NCBI GenBank assembly: GCA_963727445.1
Contig: CAVSGI010000021.1
Location: forward strand, 256,001-320,000
Direction: 5' to 3'
Origin: an uncultured delta proteobacterium
Lineage (GTDB): Bacteria > Myxococcota_A > Polyangia > Polyangiales > B10-G4
Length of the DNA stretch: 64,000 nt
Below, in pieces: positions 39,506-52,245 of this stretch; position 1 is the first letter of the stretch; every line of letters starts with the position of its first letter. Made by a program: the position numbers and the translations under genes. Below the pieces are notes generated by a model that was not told the DNA's origin, ran no database searches, and saw nothing but the letters and a program-made list of their open reading frames with translations.

Positions 39506-40996
39506 CTAGACGTCTTCCTGCGCCGGTCGCCACCGCAGCACGGGATGGCGGGCGGCGCGGGTCTCGTCCAGGCGCCTCAGGCGCGTCAGGTGCGGCGCCT
39601 TCTTCACCGTCTCGGCGTCCTCGCGCGCCTCGCGGCTGATCGAGGACAGGGCGCTGACGAACTCGTCGAGGGCCTGCTTGGTCTCGGTCTCGGTGGGTTC
39701 GATGAGCATCGCGCCCTTGACCACCAGCGGGAAGTAGACGGTGGGCGGATGGAAGCCGTAATCGATGAGCCGCTTGGCCACGTCCATCGTCGTGACGCCC
39801 GTCGGCCGGAGGTGCTTGTCGCTGATCACCACCTCGTGCATGCAGACCTCGTCGAAGGCCACGTGCCACTCTTCGCCGAGGCAGGCGCGCAGGTAGTTGG
39901 CGTTGAGGACCGCCAGCTCGCTGGCGCTCTTGAGACCCTCCGCGCCCATCTCGCGCAGATAGGTGTAGGCCCGCACCATCATCCCGAAGTTGCCGTGGAA
40001 GGAACGCAGGCGGCCCACCGACTGCGGCCGATCCGCATCGAGGGCGAAGCTGCCGTCCTCGTTCTTCACCACGACGGGTATTGGGGCGTACGGCGCCAGG
40101 ATCTTCTTGTACCCCACCGGCCCGCATCCGGGCCCGCCGCCGCCGTGAGGCGTGGTGAAGGTCTTGTGCAGGTTGAACTGCATCACGTCGATGCCGAGAT
40201 CACCGGGCCGCGTGCGCCCCATGATGGCGTTGAGGTTCGCGCCGTCGCCGTACACCAGCCCGCCCTTGTCGTGCACCATCGACGCGATGGTCGGCAGGTG
40301 GCTCTCGAAGAGGCCCACGGTGTTCGGGTTCGTGAGCATGATCGCCGCGACGTCGTCGTCGATGAATGGCGCGATCTGATCGGGGGTGACGATCCCGCTG
40401 CCCTCCATGGGGAAGGGCACGTTCTTGAGCCCGTTGAGGGCGCACGACGCCGGGTTCGTCCCGTGTGCCGTGTCCGGGATCAGCACCTTCTTGGGGCTCC
40501 GTCCCTGGGCCTCGTGGTGGGCGCGGATCATCATCAGGCCGGTGAGCTCACCCTGCGCGCCTGCGGCGGGGTGGAGGGTCACCTGGTCCATGCCGCAGAT
40601 CTCGGCGAGACCCCGCTCGAGCCGGTACATGAGCTCGAGGGCGCCCTGGATGGTGCGATCGGGAGCGTAGGGATGAAGGCCGGCGAAGCCGGTGAGCCGC
40701 GCGGCCCACTCGTTCACCTTCGGGTTGTACTTCATGGTGCAGGAGCCGAGCGGATAGAGCCCCTTGTCGATGGCGAAGTTCTGAGCGCTGAGCTTGACGT
40801 AGTGGCGGAAGGCTTCCGGCTCGGAGACCTCCGGCAGGCCGGTGCCCTCCTCGCGGTACGCGTCGCCGAAGAGCGCCGCCGGATCGGCGGCGGGGACGCC
40901 GGCGTCGGGAAGGGACGCGCCCTGCCGACCGGGCGAGCCGAGCTCGAAGACGAGGGGCTCGTGGAAGGCGAGATCGCGGGTAGCAGAACCTGGCAT
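39506..40996 (-). CDS. gcvPB: Glycine dehydrogenase (decarboxylating) subunit 2
   Basis: YPLGSCTMKYNP, AHGTNPAS, LTNPNT.GLFE, PLP-site NLHKTFTTPHGGGGPG, IEPTETE. Confidence 0.96.
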   Translation of the reverse strand: MPGSATRDLAFHEPLVFELGSPGRQGASLPDAGVPAADPAALFGDAYREEGTGLPEVSEPEAFRHYVKLSAQNFAIDKGLYPLGSCTMKYNPKVNEWAARLTGFAGLHPYAPDRTIQGALELMYRLERGLAEICGMDQVTLHPAAGAQGELTGLMMIRAHHEAQGRSPKKVLIPDTAHGTNPASCALNGLKNVPFPMEGSGIVTPDQIAPFIDDDVAAIMLTNPNTVGLFESHLPTIASMVHDKGGLVYGDGANLNAIMGRTRPGDLGIDVMQFNLHKTFTTPHGGGGPGCGPVGYKKILAPYAPIPVVVKNEDGSFALDADRPQSVGRLRSFHGNFGMMVRAYTYLREMGAEGLKSASELAVLNANYLRACLGEEWHVAFDEVCMHEVVISDKHLRPTGVTTMDVAKRLIDYGFHPPTVYFPLVVKGAMLIEPTETETKQALDEFVSALSSISREAREDAETVKKAPHLTRLRRLDETRAARHPVLRWRPAQEDV

Positions 40997-41098
40997 CGGA
41001 CTCCTCGAGGCGGATTGGCGCGAACCGTAGGCCCACCCCACGGGCCTTGCAAGACGCACTTGTTGGATCCGGCGGGGCGAGGGGTTACAAAGGGCGCC

Positions 41099-41653
41099 AT
41101 GCGAAGCGACATGGCGCTCACCTCGGCAATTGGCACGGCGCTGGCCGGCCTCCTCCTGGCCGCCTGCGGCGCCGGTCAGTACGGGTACGATCGCGAGTAC
41201 GTCCCGCTCGGCGACGAAGACGCCTACATCGGAAACACGACCGACGTGAGTTACGAGGACGTGCGCCGGGATCCGGCGGACTTCCGGTCGGCGACCGTGG
41301 GCTGGTTCGGGGTCGTGACCTCGGTCGAGCGCGGCACCAACGGCCGGACCCTCGTCCATGCCACCCACCGCATCCACCAGACGCGGCACCTCTGCGGGGA
41401 CGAGACCGCCGGGAGCTGCCGGGTCACCGTCTCCGATCGCGAGAGCGGGCCCTTCACCGCGGTGGTCCAGATCCACCCCGAGGATCGCGAGGGAGAGGCC
41501 CGACTCTGGGCCGGCTCCCTGGTGAAGGTCTACGGCTCGCCCACGGGTGAGTTCGACACCGAGGGCGGCCCGATGATCGAGGCCGAATACTATCGACACT
41601 GGCCTCGCGGCACCTACGTGACCACTGGCGCGGCCGGCTCGATGCGCCGCTGA
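41099..41653 (+). CDS. Outer-membrane lipoprotein, Slp-family-like
   Basis: LLLAAC lipobox; V..DP..F....V.W.GVV..V, V.VYG...G, P.I.....HW pattern. Confidence 0.6.
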   Translation: MRSDMALTSAIGTALAGLLLAACGAGQYGYDREYVPLGDEDAYIGNTTDVSYEDVRRDPADFRSATVGWFGVVTSVERGTNGRTLVHATHRIHQTRHLCGDETAGSCRVTVSDRESGPFTAVVQIHPEDREGEARLWAGSLVKVYGSPTGEFDTEGGPMIEAEYYRHWPRGTYVTTGAAGSMRR

Positions 41654-41732
41654 GCCGCTCCACCGGCCGGTGAATCGCCGGCCTCGACATCCGTCCAAGG
41701 GCGCATCACCCTGAACCACTCAGGAGATCTCG

Positions 41733-42110
41733 ATGCCGCGTGCCCTGCTCTTCCTCGCTCTCTGCCTGCCCACCCTCGCCGCTTGTAAGGGCAGTGGCAT
41801 CCCGCTCTACCAGAGCTGCGACACCAAGAACGACTGCGTGGACACCGCGGACGATTGCTTCACCGTGGCGTGGGACATGGATCATCTCGACGGAACCATG
41901 TGCTCGGCATACTGCTCGGTGCACGCCGACTGCCCCGGCAACAGCTCCTGCTACGAGCTCGTCGGCGACCCGACCATGCAGCGCGTCTGCTTCAAGCGCT
42001 GTAACACCGACTTCGACTGCGCCCCCGATTACCAGTGCGTGAACGCCGACATGGGTATGGGCGTGATCGACGCCATCTGCCTGCCCAACGGAAGCGGCCC
42101 CCCGGCCTGA
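41733..42110 (+). CDS. Small Cys-rich lipoprotein
   Basis: AGGAG RBS; LAAC lipobox; CSAYC....DCP....C and C.KRC.TD.DC...Y.C repeats. Confidence 0.75.
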   Translation: MPRALLFLALCLPTLAACKGSGIPLYQSCDTKNDCVDTADDCFTVAWDMDHLDGTMCSAYCSVHADCPGNSSCYELVGDPTMQRVCFKRCNTDFDCAPDYQCVNADMGMGVIDAICLPNGSGPPA

Positions 42111-42119
42111 GTCAGTCGG

Positions 42120-45296
<3,177 letters not shown>

Positions 45297-45353
45297 TCAC
45301 GACGGATTGTTTCCCATATTGCACTTCGGGCCAAGGAAAGCGCGCCCCGCGGC

Positions 45354-46277
45354 TCAGGAAAAGGCGTGTGAAAGCGATTCGATGGCGCTGCGCCGGAACT
45401 CGGGCATGAAGAGGTAGGGAAGGGTGATCCGCGGTACCGCGAGCTCCTTCGACAGGCGCGCGATCGCCTCCGCCTGCACGCGCTCGCGCACCGCGCGCGC
45501 CCGCGCCGCTTCCGCGAGGTCCCGGATGGGGGAGTCGTCGGGCAGGCCCTTCGACAGCGCGATGGCGCGCTGTCGCTCGCTGCCGTCGAAGAGGGTGGGA
45601 TAGACGCCGTTGACCACCAGGCGTGTCACGGGCATCCGAAGCTCGTTGCGGAGCGCCTGATGGAGCTCGAGGGTCTCGTTGACCGGCATGTCCTCCGGGA
45701 GGGTGACCAGGACCGTTCCACCCCGATCGGGATCGCGGAAGAGCTCGAGGGCCGCCTCGGCTTGGTGGCGCAACAGCCCTGGCGGTGACACGTCGGTGAT
45801 CACCTGCGGAACGCGGAGCATCTCGAGGCCGTGGCCGGTCGCGGGCGCGTCCAGGATCACGAGGTCGTAGCGTTTGCGTCCGGTCTCGTCGACTTCCTTG
45901 GTGTGATAGAAGGCCTTGCCCAGCATCGACCACGACTCGAGGCCGGGCGTCCCGCGCAGGAAGGCGGCGACGAAGCGGTTGTCGAAGATCGCCTTGTAGA
46001 CGCTGCGCACCTTGAGGACGATCATCCCGTACTCCTCGAGGGCGTAGCGGGGCACCATGTTCACGGCGTCGATGTTCGGCCCGATCGCCTGGTTGTGAGC
46101 GCCGACGGGATCGACCTCGAGCAGGTAGCTCAGCCGCTCCTTGGCGTTGCACATCGCCAGAAGGACGCGCTTGCCCTTGCGCGCGGCCGCCAGCGCGAGG
46201 GCAGCGCTGACGGTGGTCTTGCCAGCTCCCCCCTTGCCGACGACGAAGACGAATGATCGGTCGAAGAGGTCCGACAT
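45354..46277 (-). CDS. ArsA/Get3-like ATPase
   Basis: VGKGGAGKTT, PGL.....LGK, DAPATGHG, LVTLPEDMPVNET, VVN. Confidence 0.9.
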   Translation of the reverse strand: MSDLFDRSFVFVVGKGGAGKTTVSAALALAAARKGKRVLLAMCNAKERLSYLLEVDPVGAHNQAIGPNIDAVNMVPRYALEEYGMIVLKVRSVYKAIFDNRFVAAFLRGTPGLESWSMLGKAFYHTKEVDETGRKRYDLVILDAPATGHGLEMLRVPQVITDVSPPGLLRHQAEAALELFRDPDRGGTVLVTLPEDMPVNETLELHQALRNELRMPVTRLVVNGVYPTLFDGSERQRAIALSKGLPDDSPIRDLAEAARARAVRERVQAEAIARLSKELAVPRITLPYLFMPEFRRSAIESLSHAFS

Positions 46278-46298
46278 CGGGTGCGCGCACCTTAGCAG

Positions 46299-46828
46299 GT
46301 TAATTGTGCTCAGGGGCTTCGCCGTAATTGTGCTCAGGGGCTTCGCCGTAATTGTGCTCGGTGCTCAGGGGCTTCGCCCCTGAGGACCCCAGGGGGCTAC
46401 GCCCCCTTGTCGGCCGCATGGAAGCGGCCTCTCACGTCTGCCCGCCCAGTGTGGAACAGATGGGCTCGCTGCACTTCATGGCAACGAACTGATGGTCTAC
46501 GGGCAGCGTTCGGACCCCCACTCGGCGCCTGCGGCGCCGGGTCGCGGCCTGCGGCCGCTCCGGGGTGTTGGCTAACGTCGTGTCCTCGAGCCGGTCACCT
46601 GGACGGAGTGGAGCGTTGCGAAGCAACGCGACCCGGGCGCCGTCAGGCGCCCGAGAAGGGGGGACGAACGCTGCCCGTAGAGGTCCCGGCGAATTCGAGA
46701 GCGACCCTCTGAGTCAGTCTCAACCACTTCAGACGGGCAGACGTGAGAGCGAGCGCGAAGCGCGAGCGACACGGGGGAATCCTTTCCCCCGGGGGTCCTC
46801 AGGGGCGAAGCCCCTGAGCACAATTAAC
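46299..46828. mobile_element. Non-coding long palindromic element (MITE/REPIN-like) with TTAA-capped terminal inverted repeats
   Basis: Perfect 25-bp IR 46299-46323 / 46804-46828; nested perfect IRs 46361-46390 / 46792-46821, 46429-46444 / 46734-46749, 46496-46512 / 46665-46681. Mobility is inferred. Confidence 0.7.
46301..46359 (+). repeat. 24-bp tandem repeat (two full copies plus a partial one)
   Basis: TAATTGTGCTCAGGGGCTTCGCCG at 46301 and 46325; TAATTGTGCTC at 46349. Confidence 0.9.
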
Positions 46829-46829
46829 A

Positions 46830-46854
46830 ATGCCCCGGGCAAAGCCCGGGGCAT
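46830..46854 (-). terminator. Probable intrinsic terminator of the DUF2330 gene
   Basis: ATGCCCCGGGC-AAA-GCCCGGGGCAT perfect 11-bp stem, followed on the - strand by TGTTAATT. Confidence 0.65.
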
Positions 46855-46930
46855 CTGGGATGGAACGATTGTCTGTCTTGTTTGGGAACGGTCTCACGTG
46901 GCCTCGCCTCTCGGCGAAGCCGCGCGAGCT

Positions 46931-48245
46931 TCAACGACGCTTGCGACGCCGCGAAATCAGGAGAAGGCCACCGGCCGCGAAGAGTCCGGCGAAGAAGAGC
47001 GAGCCCTCGTCGTTCGCCGCGCCGATGGAGCAGCCGCTGCGGGCGCCGCTGGTGCGGGTGCCGCCGGTGGGGATGCCGAGGATGCCGCCGGGATCGGTGC
47101 ACATGGTGGGGCAGGAGGGCTCATCGGGGCGATTCAGCTCGCGGCTGACGTTGATGTAGTTGCTCACGTCGCCGCCGGTGGACGCCTCGAGGATCAGGTC
47201 CTCGTCGAGGAACGCCGGGGCGAGGTCCGTGCGGAGGCGAGTCAGGTACGGCGCCGAGAGACCCTCGACGGCGATCGCGTAGTCCGCCATGGCGTAGCTG
47301 ATCTCCCCGTCGTCGCCGTAGCTCTGATAGCTGGAGACCTGATAGCTCCACTGCGCGTCGGGCTGGGCGTACTCCGTGATCCAGGCGCGGCCGCCCGCGT
47401 CCTCGAGGGTCTGGGCGAAGACGTCGAGGTAGTTGAAGCTCCGCGTGTCCCAGTCGTAGGCGAGGCGGCTCTGGTCGATCTCGCGCACGTCGAAGTTCGA
47501 GGCGCCATAGCGACCCTCCCCGATGATGTAGAGGTCGAGGCCCACCGAGTCCTGCACGCCCGCGCCCACCATGCGGAGCGGGAAGACCGGCATCATGCCC
47601 GGCGTGGTGACGCGCACCGGCTGCATCTGATTGACGCCGGCGTTCGGCGACAGGCGCAGCACGGCGAAGTTCAAGCCCTGCTCGACGTAATAGGCGATCA
47701 TCGGCAGCGTGGCGTCGGGCACGGCGTAGCCGTGATCCTGGAGCCACGTGATGAGCGCGGTCGGATCGTCGGAGCCGATGGTCGCGGTCTCGTAGGGGCC
47801 GACGACCGCTTCTCCGTACACCGTCACGGCTGCATCCCCTGCGAAGCCTGCGTCAGCCGCGGCGCTCGGCGAGCCAGCGAAGCCGCCGCACGGGTCGGGG
47901 CAGAAGGTACGAAGCGGCGGGAAGGTGCCCGTGAGGTTCACCTGGCTGACCTGGGAGAGCGCTTCGAAGAAGGCGTTGTCAGCGACCTCCACCAGCACCT
48001 CGCCCTGAATCGGGAGCACCCACACGAAGTCGTCGGGGTTGCCGGCGTACTCGATCTGATCCCAGAGCGTGGTCTGGGCTGGTGTGAGCGAGACCGCCAT
48101 CCGATGCGCGGTGACGACCGTGACCGAGTCGGTCGGTCCGAAGCATCCGCCGCAGGCCGCCGCCTCTTGGACCGAGACCATCCACGAGGCCGCCGTGATG
48201 GCGGTCAGGACAGAGAGAAAAGTACCGATCTCGAGCGAGCTTCAT
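46931..48245 (-). pseudogene. DUF2330 domain protein with MYXO-CTERM tail; +1 frameshift near 48230 in the signal peptide
   Basis: ACGGCF, QI.Y.G.P..F.WVLP, VGPYE, WL..HGY, PLR; tail GCS...TM...RRRKRR. GGAGG-ATG at 48245 joins IGTFLSVLTAITAASW after removing one base; in-frame ORF is 46931-48181. Confidence 0.8.
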
Positions 48246-48416
48246 TACGTTCCTCCAGCGCCTCGGGATAGAGCAATGGCCGGACCAAGAGAGAACCGCT
48301 GCAATTTCGAGAGACCCGGAGTTCGGCGATTGCGCCGAAATGTGTTATCTAGAGCCAAGGTGTGCCGTCATGTGCTTGGCTCGCTGCTCTCGCGTCGGGC
48401 GGCTAGGATGAACGCG

Positions 48417-50321
48417 ATGCGGAAGCTCGTTCTGCTCGTCGCCCTCCCCTGGCTGCTCGCCTGTGGGGACGACGAGGCGCCTCAGTGCACGACCTCCCTC
48501 GACTGCACGATCGGCGAGTGCGTGGAGGGGCGCTGTGTGGTCGACCCTCCACCCGACACGGGCGTGGCCGACACCGGCGTGCCGGACGGCCCGCCCGCCG
48601 TCGACGGGGGACCGGGCTTCGCCGGACCGGTGATCCGCTGGCCGTGGAACGGGGCCTACACCGGCGGTCTCCACGGCGCCGACGCCGAGGTGACCTATCC
48701 ACCCCTGCGTCCCGTCTTTCGTTGGGACGCGATCGCCGGCGCGGTCCGCTACCAGATCCAGCTCACGCGCGAGTGTGATCTCGAGCGCTACCGCACCTGC
48801 GCTTTCGACTCGCCGGAGGTGGACGAGTCTCTCCCCGAGACGGTCTATCGTCCCTCGGCGGACCTGCCGGTCTCGACCGAAATTCCCGTCGGCTCGCGTT
48901 ACTTTGCGCGTGTTCGCGCTTGCGACACGTCGGGGTGTGGCGAGTGGTCGCTGGTGCGCTACGTCGACGTCGGTCGAAGCGCTCAGGACTACGATGGCGA
49001 CGGCTACGCGGACACGCTGGTCGGCGCGCGTCGCCAGTCGGGGGTCGCTTCGAGCCAGGGATCGGTGTGGCTCTTTCGCGGCGGGCCGGACGGACCGACG
49101 GAGCCTGCCACCGAGCTGCCCGCGCCGGATCCCGAGATGGACGGCCTCTTCGGGATCGTCCTCGCCGCTCTCGGCGACATCGATGGCGACGGCTTCTCCG
49201 ATGCCGTCGTCGGGGCGCACGACGTGGACGGCGTCGACGTCGACTCGGGCCGCGCCTACGTCTACCAGGGCGGGCCCGACGGCCTGAACCCCGAGCCCAC
49301 GGTGCTGGATATACCCATGCCCCAAGCGATGGCGTTCTACGGACGCGGGGTGAGCGGTCTCGGCGACGTGAACGCCGACGGATACGCCGACTTCGCCGTC
49401 GGGGCTTACAACGTCGCCGGCGCGACCATGGGCGAGGGCCGAGCGTTCATCTATTACGGAAGCGCGCGGGGCGTGACGGCGCTGCCGGGCACGACCCTGG
49501 TCGCCACCGACCCGCAGACCAGCGAGGCCTTCGGCGTGCGCGTGGCCGCGGCGGGGGACGTCGACAGCGACGGCTTCGCCGACGTGCTGGTCTCTGCGTA
49601 CAACTGGGATCTCGACATGACCACGACCAACAACGGTCGCGCGCTGCTCTTCCTCGGGACCCAGGCCGGCGTATCGACCGCCCCTCACGCGATCCTTCAG
49701 AGCCCGTCGCCGGAGATGGGTGGCCAGTTCGGTTTCTCGGTGGCCGGTCTCGGGGACGTGAACGGCGACACCTTCGGCGAGGTGATCGTGAGCGCGCGCG
49801 GCGAGGGGGGCCGAGGGCGCGCTTACGTCTACGACGGCAGCTCCTCGGGCCTGATGGCGACTCCCTCGTGGACGACCGACGTACAGGCGGATTCTTCTCT
49901 GGAGTACGGATTCATCGTGGCGCCGGCCGGCGATCTCGACGGAGACGGACTCGCTGACGCCGTCGTCACGGCGCGTCTCGACGACACGGCGACGCCCAAC
50001 GAGGGCCGCGCCTGGGTCTTCGACGGGACGACCGGGGGCCTCTCGGCCATGCCTTCAGCCAGCCTGGTGGGCGAGCCCCGGGAGCAGGGGGCGCAGTTCG
50101 GCTTCGCCGCGAGCGGCGTGGGCGACACCAACGGCGACGGCTACGGGGATCTCTTCGTCGGCGCGGTCAATCAGGACATGGGGCAGGTGAACGAGGGCGT
50201 CGGCTACTGGTTTTTCGGCGGCGCCGATCCCGTCGCCAATCCAGCCGACGTCGTCTTCGACCACCCCGGCGACGGCACGGGCGCTCAGTTCGGCGGCTCG
50301 GTCGCGCTCACCCTACCGTGA
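48417..50321 (+). CDS. FG-GAP / integrin-alpha repeat lipoprotein
   Basis: LLAC lipobox; about 7 repeats FG..VA..GD.NGDG..D..VGA....G.A..Y.G. Confidence 0.9.
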   Translation: MRKLVLLVALPWLLACGDDEAPQCTTSLDCTIGECVEGRCVVDPPPDTGVADTGVPDGPPAVDGGPGFAGPVIRWPWNGAYTGGLHGADAEVTYPPLRPVFRWDAIAGAVRYQIQLTRECDLERYRTCAFDSPEVDESLPETVYRPSADLPVSTEIPVGSRYFARVRACDTSGCGEWSLVRYVDVGRSAQDYDGDGYADTLVGARRQSGVASSQGSVWLFRGGPDGPTEPATELPAPDPEMDGLFGIVLAALGDIDGDGFSDAVVGAHDVDGVDVDSGRAYVYQGGPDGLNPEPTVLDIPMPQAMAFYGRGVSGLGDVNADGYADFAVGAYNVAGATMGEGRAFIYYGSARGVTALPGTTLVATDPQTSEAFGVRVAAAGDVDSDGFADVLVSAYNWDLDMTTTNNGRALLFLGTQAGVSTAPHAILQSPSPEMGGQFGFSVAGLGDVNGDTFGEVIVSARGEGGRGRAYVYDGSSSGLMATPSWTTDVQADSSLEYGFIVAPAGDLDGDGLADAVVTARLDDTATPNEGRAWVFDGTTGGLSAMPSASLVGEPREQGAQFGFAASGVGDTNGDGYGDLFVGAVNQDMGQVNEGVGYWFFGGADPVANPADVVFDHPGDGTGAQFGGSVALTLP

Positions 50322-51491
50322 GCGACGGATCGGGTCGCTCGCTTCGAGACGAAGCGCGCCCGATTCAGACGGAAGCGCGCGCTCCATCTCCACCAGGTCA
50401 CCGCGCATCAGGTCCGCGAAGTCCGCGTTCGCCTCGTTGCGATCGCGCTTCATCAAGCGGAGGCGAACCAACGCGCCATCGCCGCAGACGAAGACCTCTC
50501 GCTTGCCCTTCGAGGCCAGCACCTCGCTCACCACGCGATAGCCGCGTGCCTCGGGCCCCGCGATCCCGCGTGCGCTCTGCCCGTCGCAGCGCAGCGTGAG
50601 GTAGGCGAAGGTGCGGCGCGAGCGGCGGAGCCCCGCGCGCCGGGCGATCTCGGCGAGCGGTCCTTCGAGCTCGCCCCCGAGCTCCGCGTGACACCAATCG
50701 CGCTCGTTCGCGAGCATCGGGCAGGGCGCAGGGCTCACGCAGGGCGCGAAGATGCCGAGCGCGCCTCCTCGCTTCGCGATCGCATCCCGCGTGCGCTGAA
50801 CGAAGCGCGCCTCGTCGCGGAGGGCCGGTTCGAGCACGACCATGGCGCCCTCGGGCGACAGCACGTCACCCAGGCGGGCGAGGAGCAGCGCGGCATCCTC
50901 CGGTGAGCGCCCGCGCGCCCACTCGTTGAGGGAGAGGCCGAGGAGGATCAGATCGAAGGGGCCCTTCGGCGCGGCGCGGTCGAGGCTCTGGACCCGGGTC
51001 TCGACACGGAGACCGGCGAAGTCCTCCGCCGGCAGCTTCGCGGCGAGGGATTCGAAGATCGCGAGGCCTTCGGCCCACAGGTCGACCGCCGTCACCGAGA
51101 GCTCGTCGGCGAGGTCGACAGCGCGTGCAAATCGCGCGACACCGACAGAGGTCGTCCCGAGGCCGGCGCCCAGGTCGAGCACACGCCAGCTCCGGTCCCG
51201 CGGCAACAGGCCCGCACGCTGGAGCTCGAAGAGAGGGAGCGCCACCTTGGGAAGGTCCCGCGGCATGAAGAAGCGCAGGCGCGCGGCCACGAGCCGCGTC
51301 CGGTCCTCCTCCCCGATCTCCGCGCGCCGCTGCGTGTAGAGCTCGCTCAGCGCCCGGACCTCCCTCGCAAGCGCTTCGCCGGTGGCGTCCGAGGCCCCGA
51401 GCGCCCGCCGCGCCACACCGTCGATCACCGTGAAAAGCAGTGCTGGGACGCGCCCTGCCGGAATCTTCTCTTCCGCGGTTGGTTTAGCCAT
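50313..51491 (-). CDS. Rsm22-family SAM methyltransferase-like protein
   Basis: RVLDLGAGLGT, LSLNE, VVLEPA, APC....CPM.....WCH, F.YL. Confidence 0.85.
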   Translation of the reverse strand: MAKPTAEEKIPAGRVPALLFTVIDGVARRALGASDATGEALAREVRALSELYTQRRAEIGEEDRTRLVAARLRFFMPRDLPKVALPLFELQRAGLLPRDRSWRVLDLGAGLGTTSVGVARFARAVDLADELSVTAVDLWAEGLAIFESLAAKLPAEDFAGLRVETRVQSLDRAAPKGPFDLILLGLSLNEWARGRSPEDAALLLARLGDVLSPEGAMVVLEPALRDEARFVQRTRDAIAKRGGALGIFAPCVSPAPCPMLANERDWCHAELGGELEGPLAEIARRAGLRRSRRTFAYLTLRCDGQSARGIAGPEARGYRVVSEVLASKGKREVFVCGDGALVRLRLMKRDRNEANADFADLMRGDLVEMERALPSESGALRLEASDPIRRSR

Positions 51492-51528
51492 GGGCCCGCC
51501 GCCCATGCTAGCGTGCGGGATCGCCGGG

Positions 51529-52245
51529 ATGGGCAAGAACGAAACGTCTGGGACTCCACTGGGCTGGACCATTCTCGCGGTCCTGACAGCCATCGCGCTC
51601 TTCGTCGACCTGTGGGCGATCTTCTTCTTCGCGCCCGTCGAGATGCAGATGGGCGTCGTGCAGAAGATCTTCTATTTCCACGTCCCGAGCGCCTATGCGA
51701 TGTACGTCGCCTTCGTCGTCTCCGCGATCGGAAGCGCCGTCTATCTCGTGAAGCGCAAGCCGGCGGCCGACGCCTGGGCCGTGGCCGGCGCCGAGGTGGG
51801 GATGGTCTTCTGCGTCGCCATGCTGGTCACCGGTCCGCTCTGGGCCCGCAAGGCCTGGGGCGTGTGGTGGACCTGGGACCCGCGGCTGACCACCACGCTC
51901 CTGGCCGGGATGATCTTCGCCGCCTATCTGGCGCTTCGATCCTTCGGCGCCGCCGGAGAGGTGGAGAAGCGCTTCGCCGCCGGCCTCGCGGTCCTCGGGA
52001 TCCTCGACCTGCCGATCATCCACTACAGCGTCCAGCGCTGGCGTGGACAGCACCCCACCGTCATCACCAACAAGGGTGGTGGTCTTCACCCCGACATGCT
52101 GACGACGCTGCTCATCAGCATCGTCGCGTTCACCTTCCTGGTCGCGCTCCTGCTCTGGACGCGTGCGCGCCTCGAGAAGCAGCGCGCAGAGGTGAAGGAG
52201 ATCGAGCTCGAAGCCGCGCAGCGCGGCCTTCTGGAGGACGCCTGA
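51529..52245 (+). CDS. ccmC: Heme chaperone/exporter CcmC (cytochrome c biogenesis system I)
   Basis: QKIFYFHVP, TGPLWARKAWGVWWTWDPRLTT (WWD motif), PIIHYSV.RWRGQHP. Confidence 0.92.
   Translation: MGKNETSGTPLGWTILAVLTAIALFVDLWAIFFFAPVEMQMGVVQKIFYFHVPSAYAMYVAFVVSAIGSAVYLVKRKPAADAWAVAGAEVGMVFCVAMLVTGPLWARKAWGVWWTWDPRLTTTLLAGMIFAAYLALRSFGAAGEVEKRFAAGLAVLGILDLPIIHYSVQRWRGQHPTVITNKGGGLHPDMLTTLLISIVAFTFLVALLLWTRARLEKQRAEVKEIELEAAQRGLLEDA

Noticed and set aside
46280..46307. dif-like site (GGTGCGC...GTTAA)
   Set aside because: Only partial arm matches, and the spacing does not fit the 11-6-11 layout.
46301..46390. Possible CRISPR array (24-bp repeats)
   Set aside because: Repeats are directly adjacent with no spacers, and there are no cas genes.
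46407..46823. Short ORFs inside the palindromic element as a transposase
   Set aside because: No HUH, DDE or tyrosine recombinase motifs, and no convincing RBS or codon bias.
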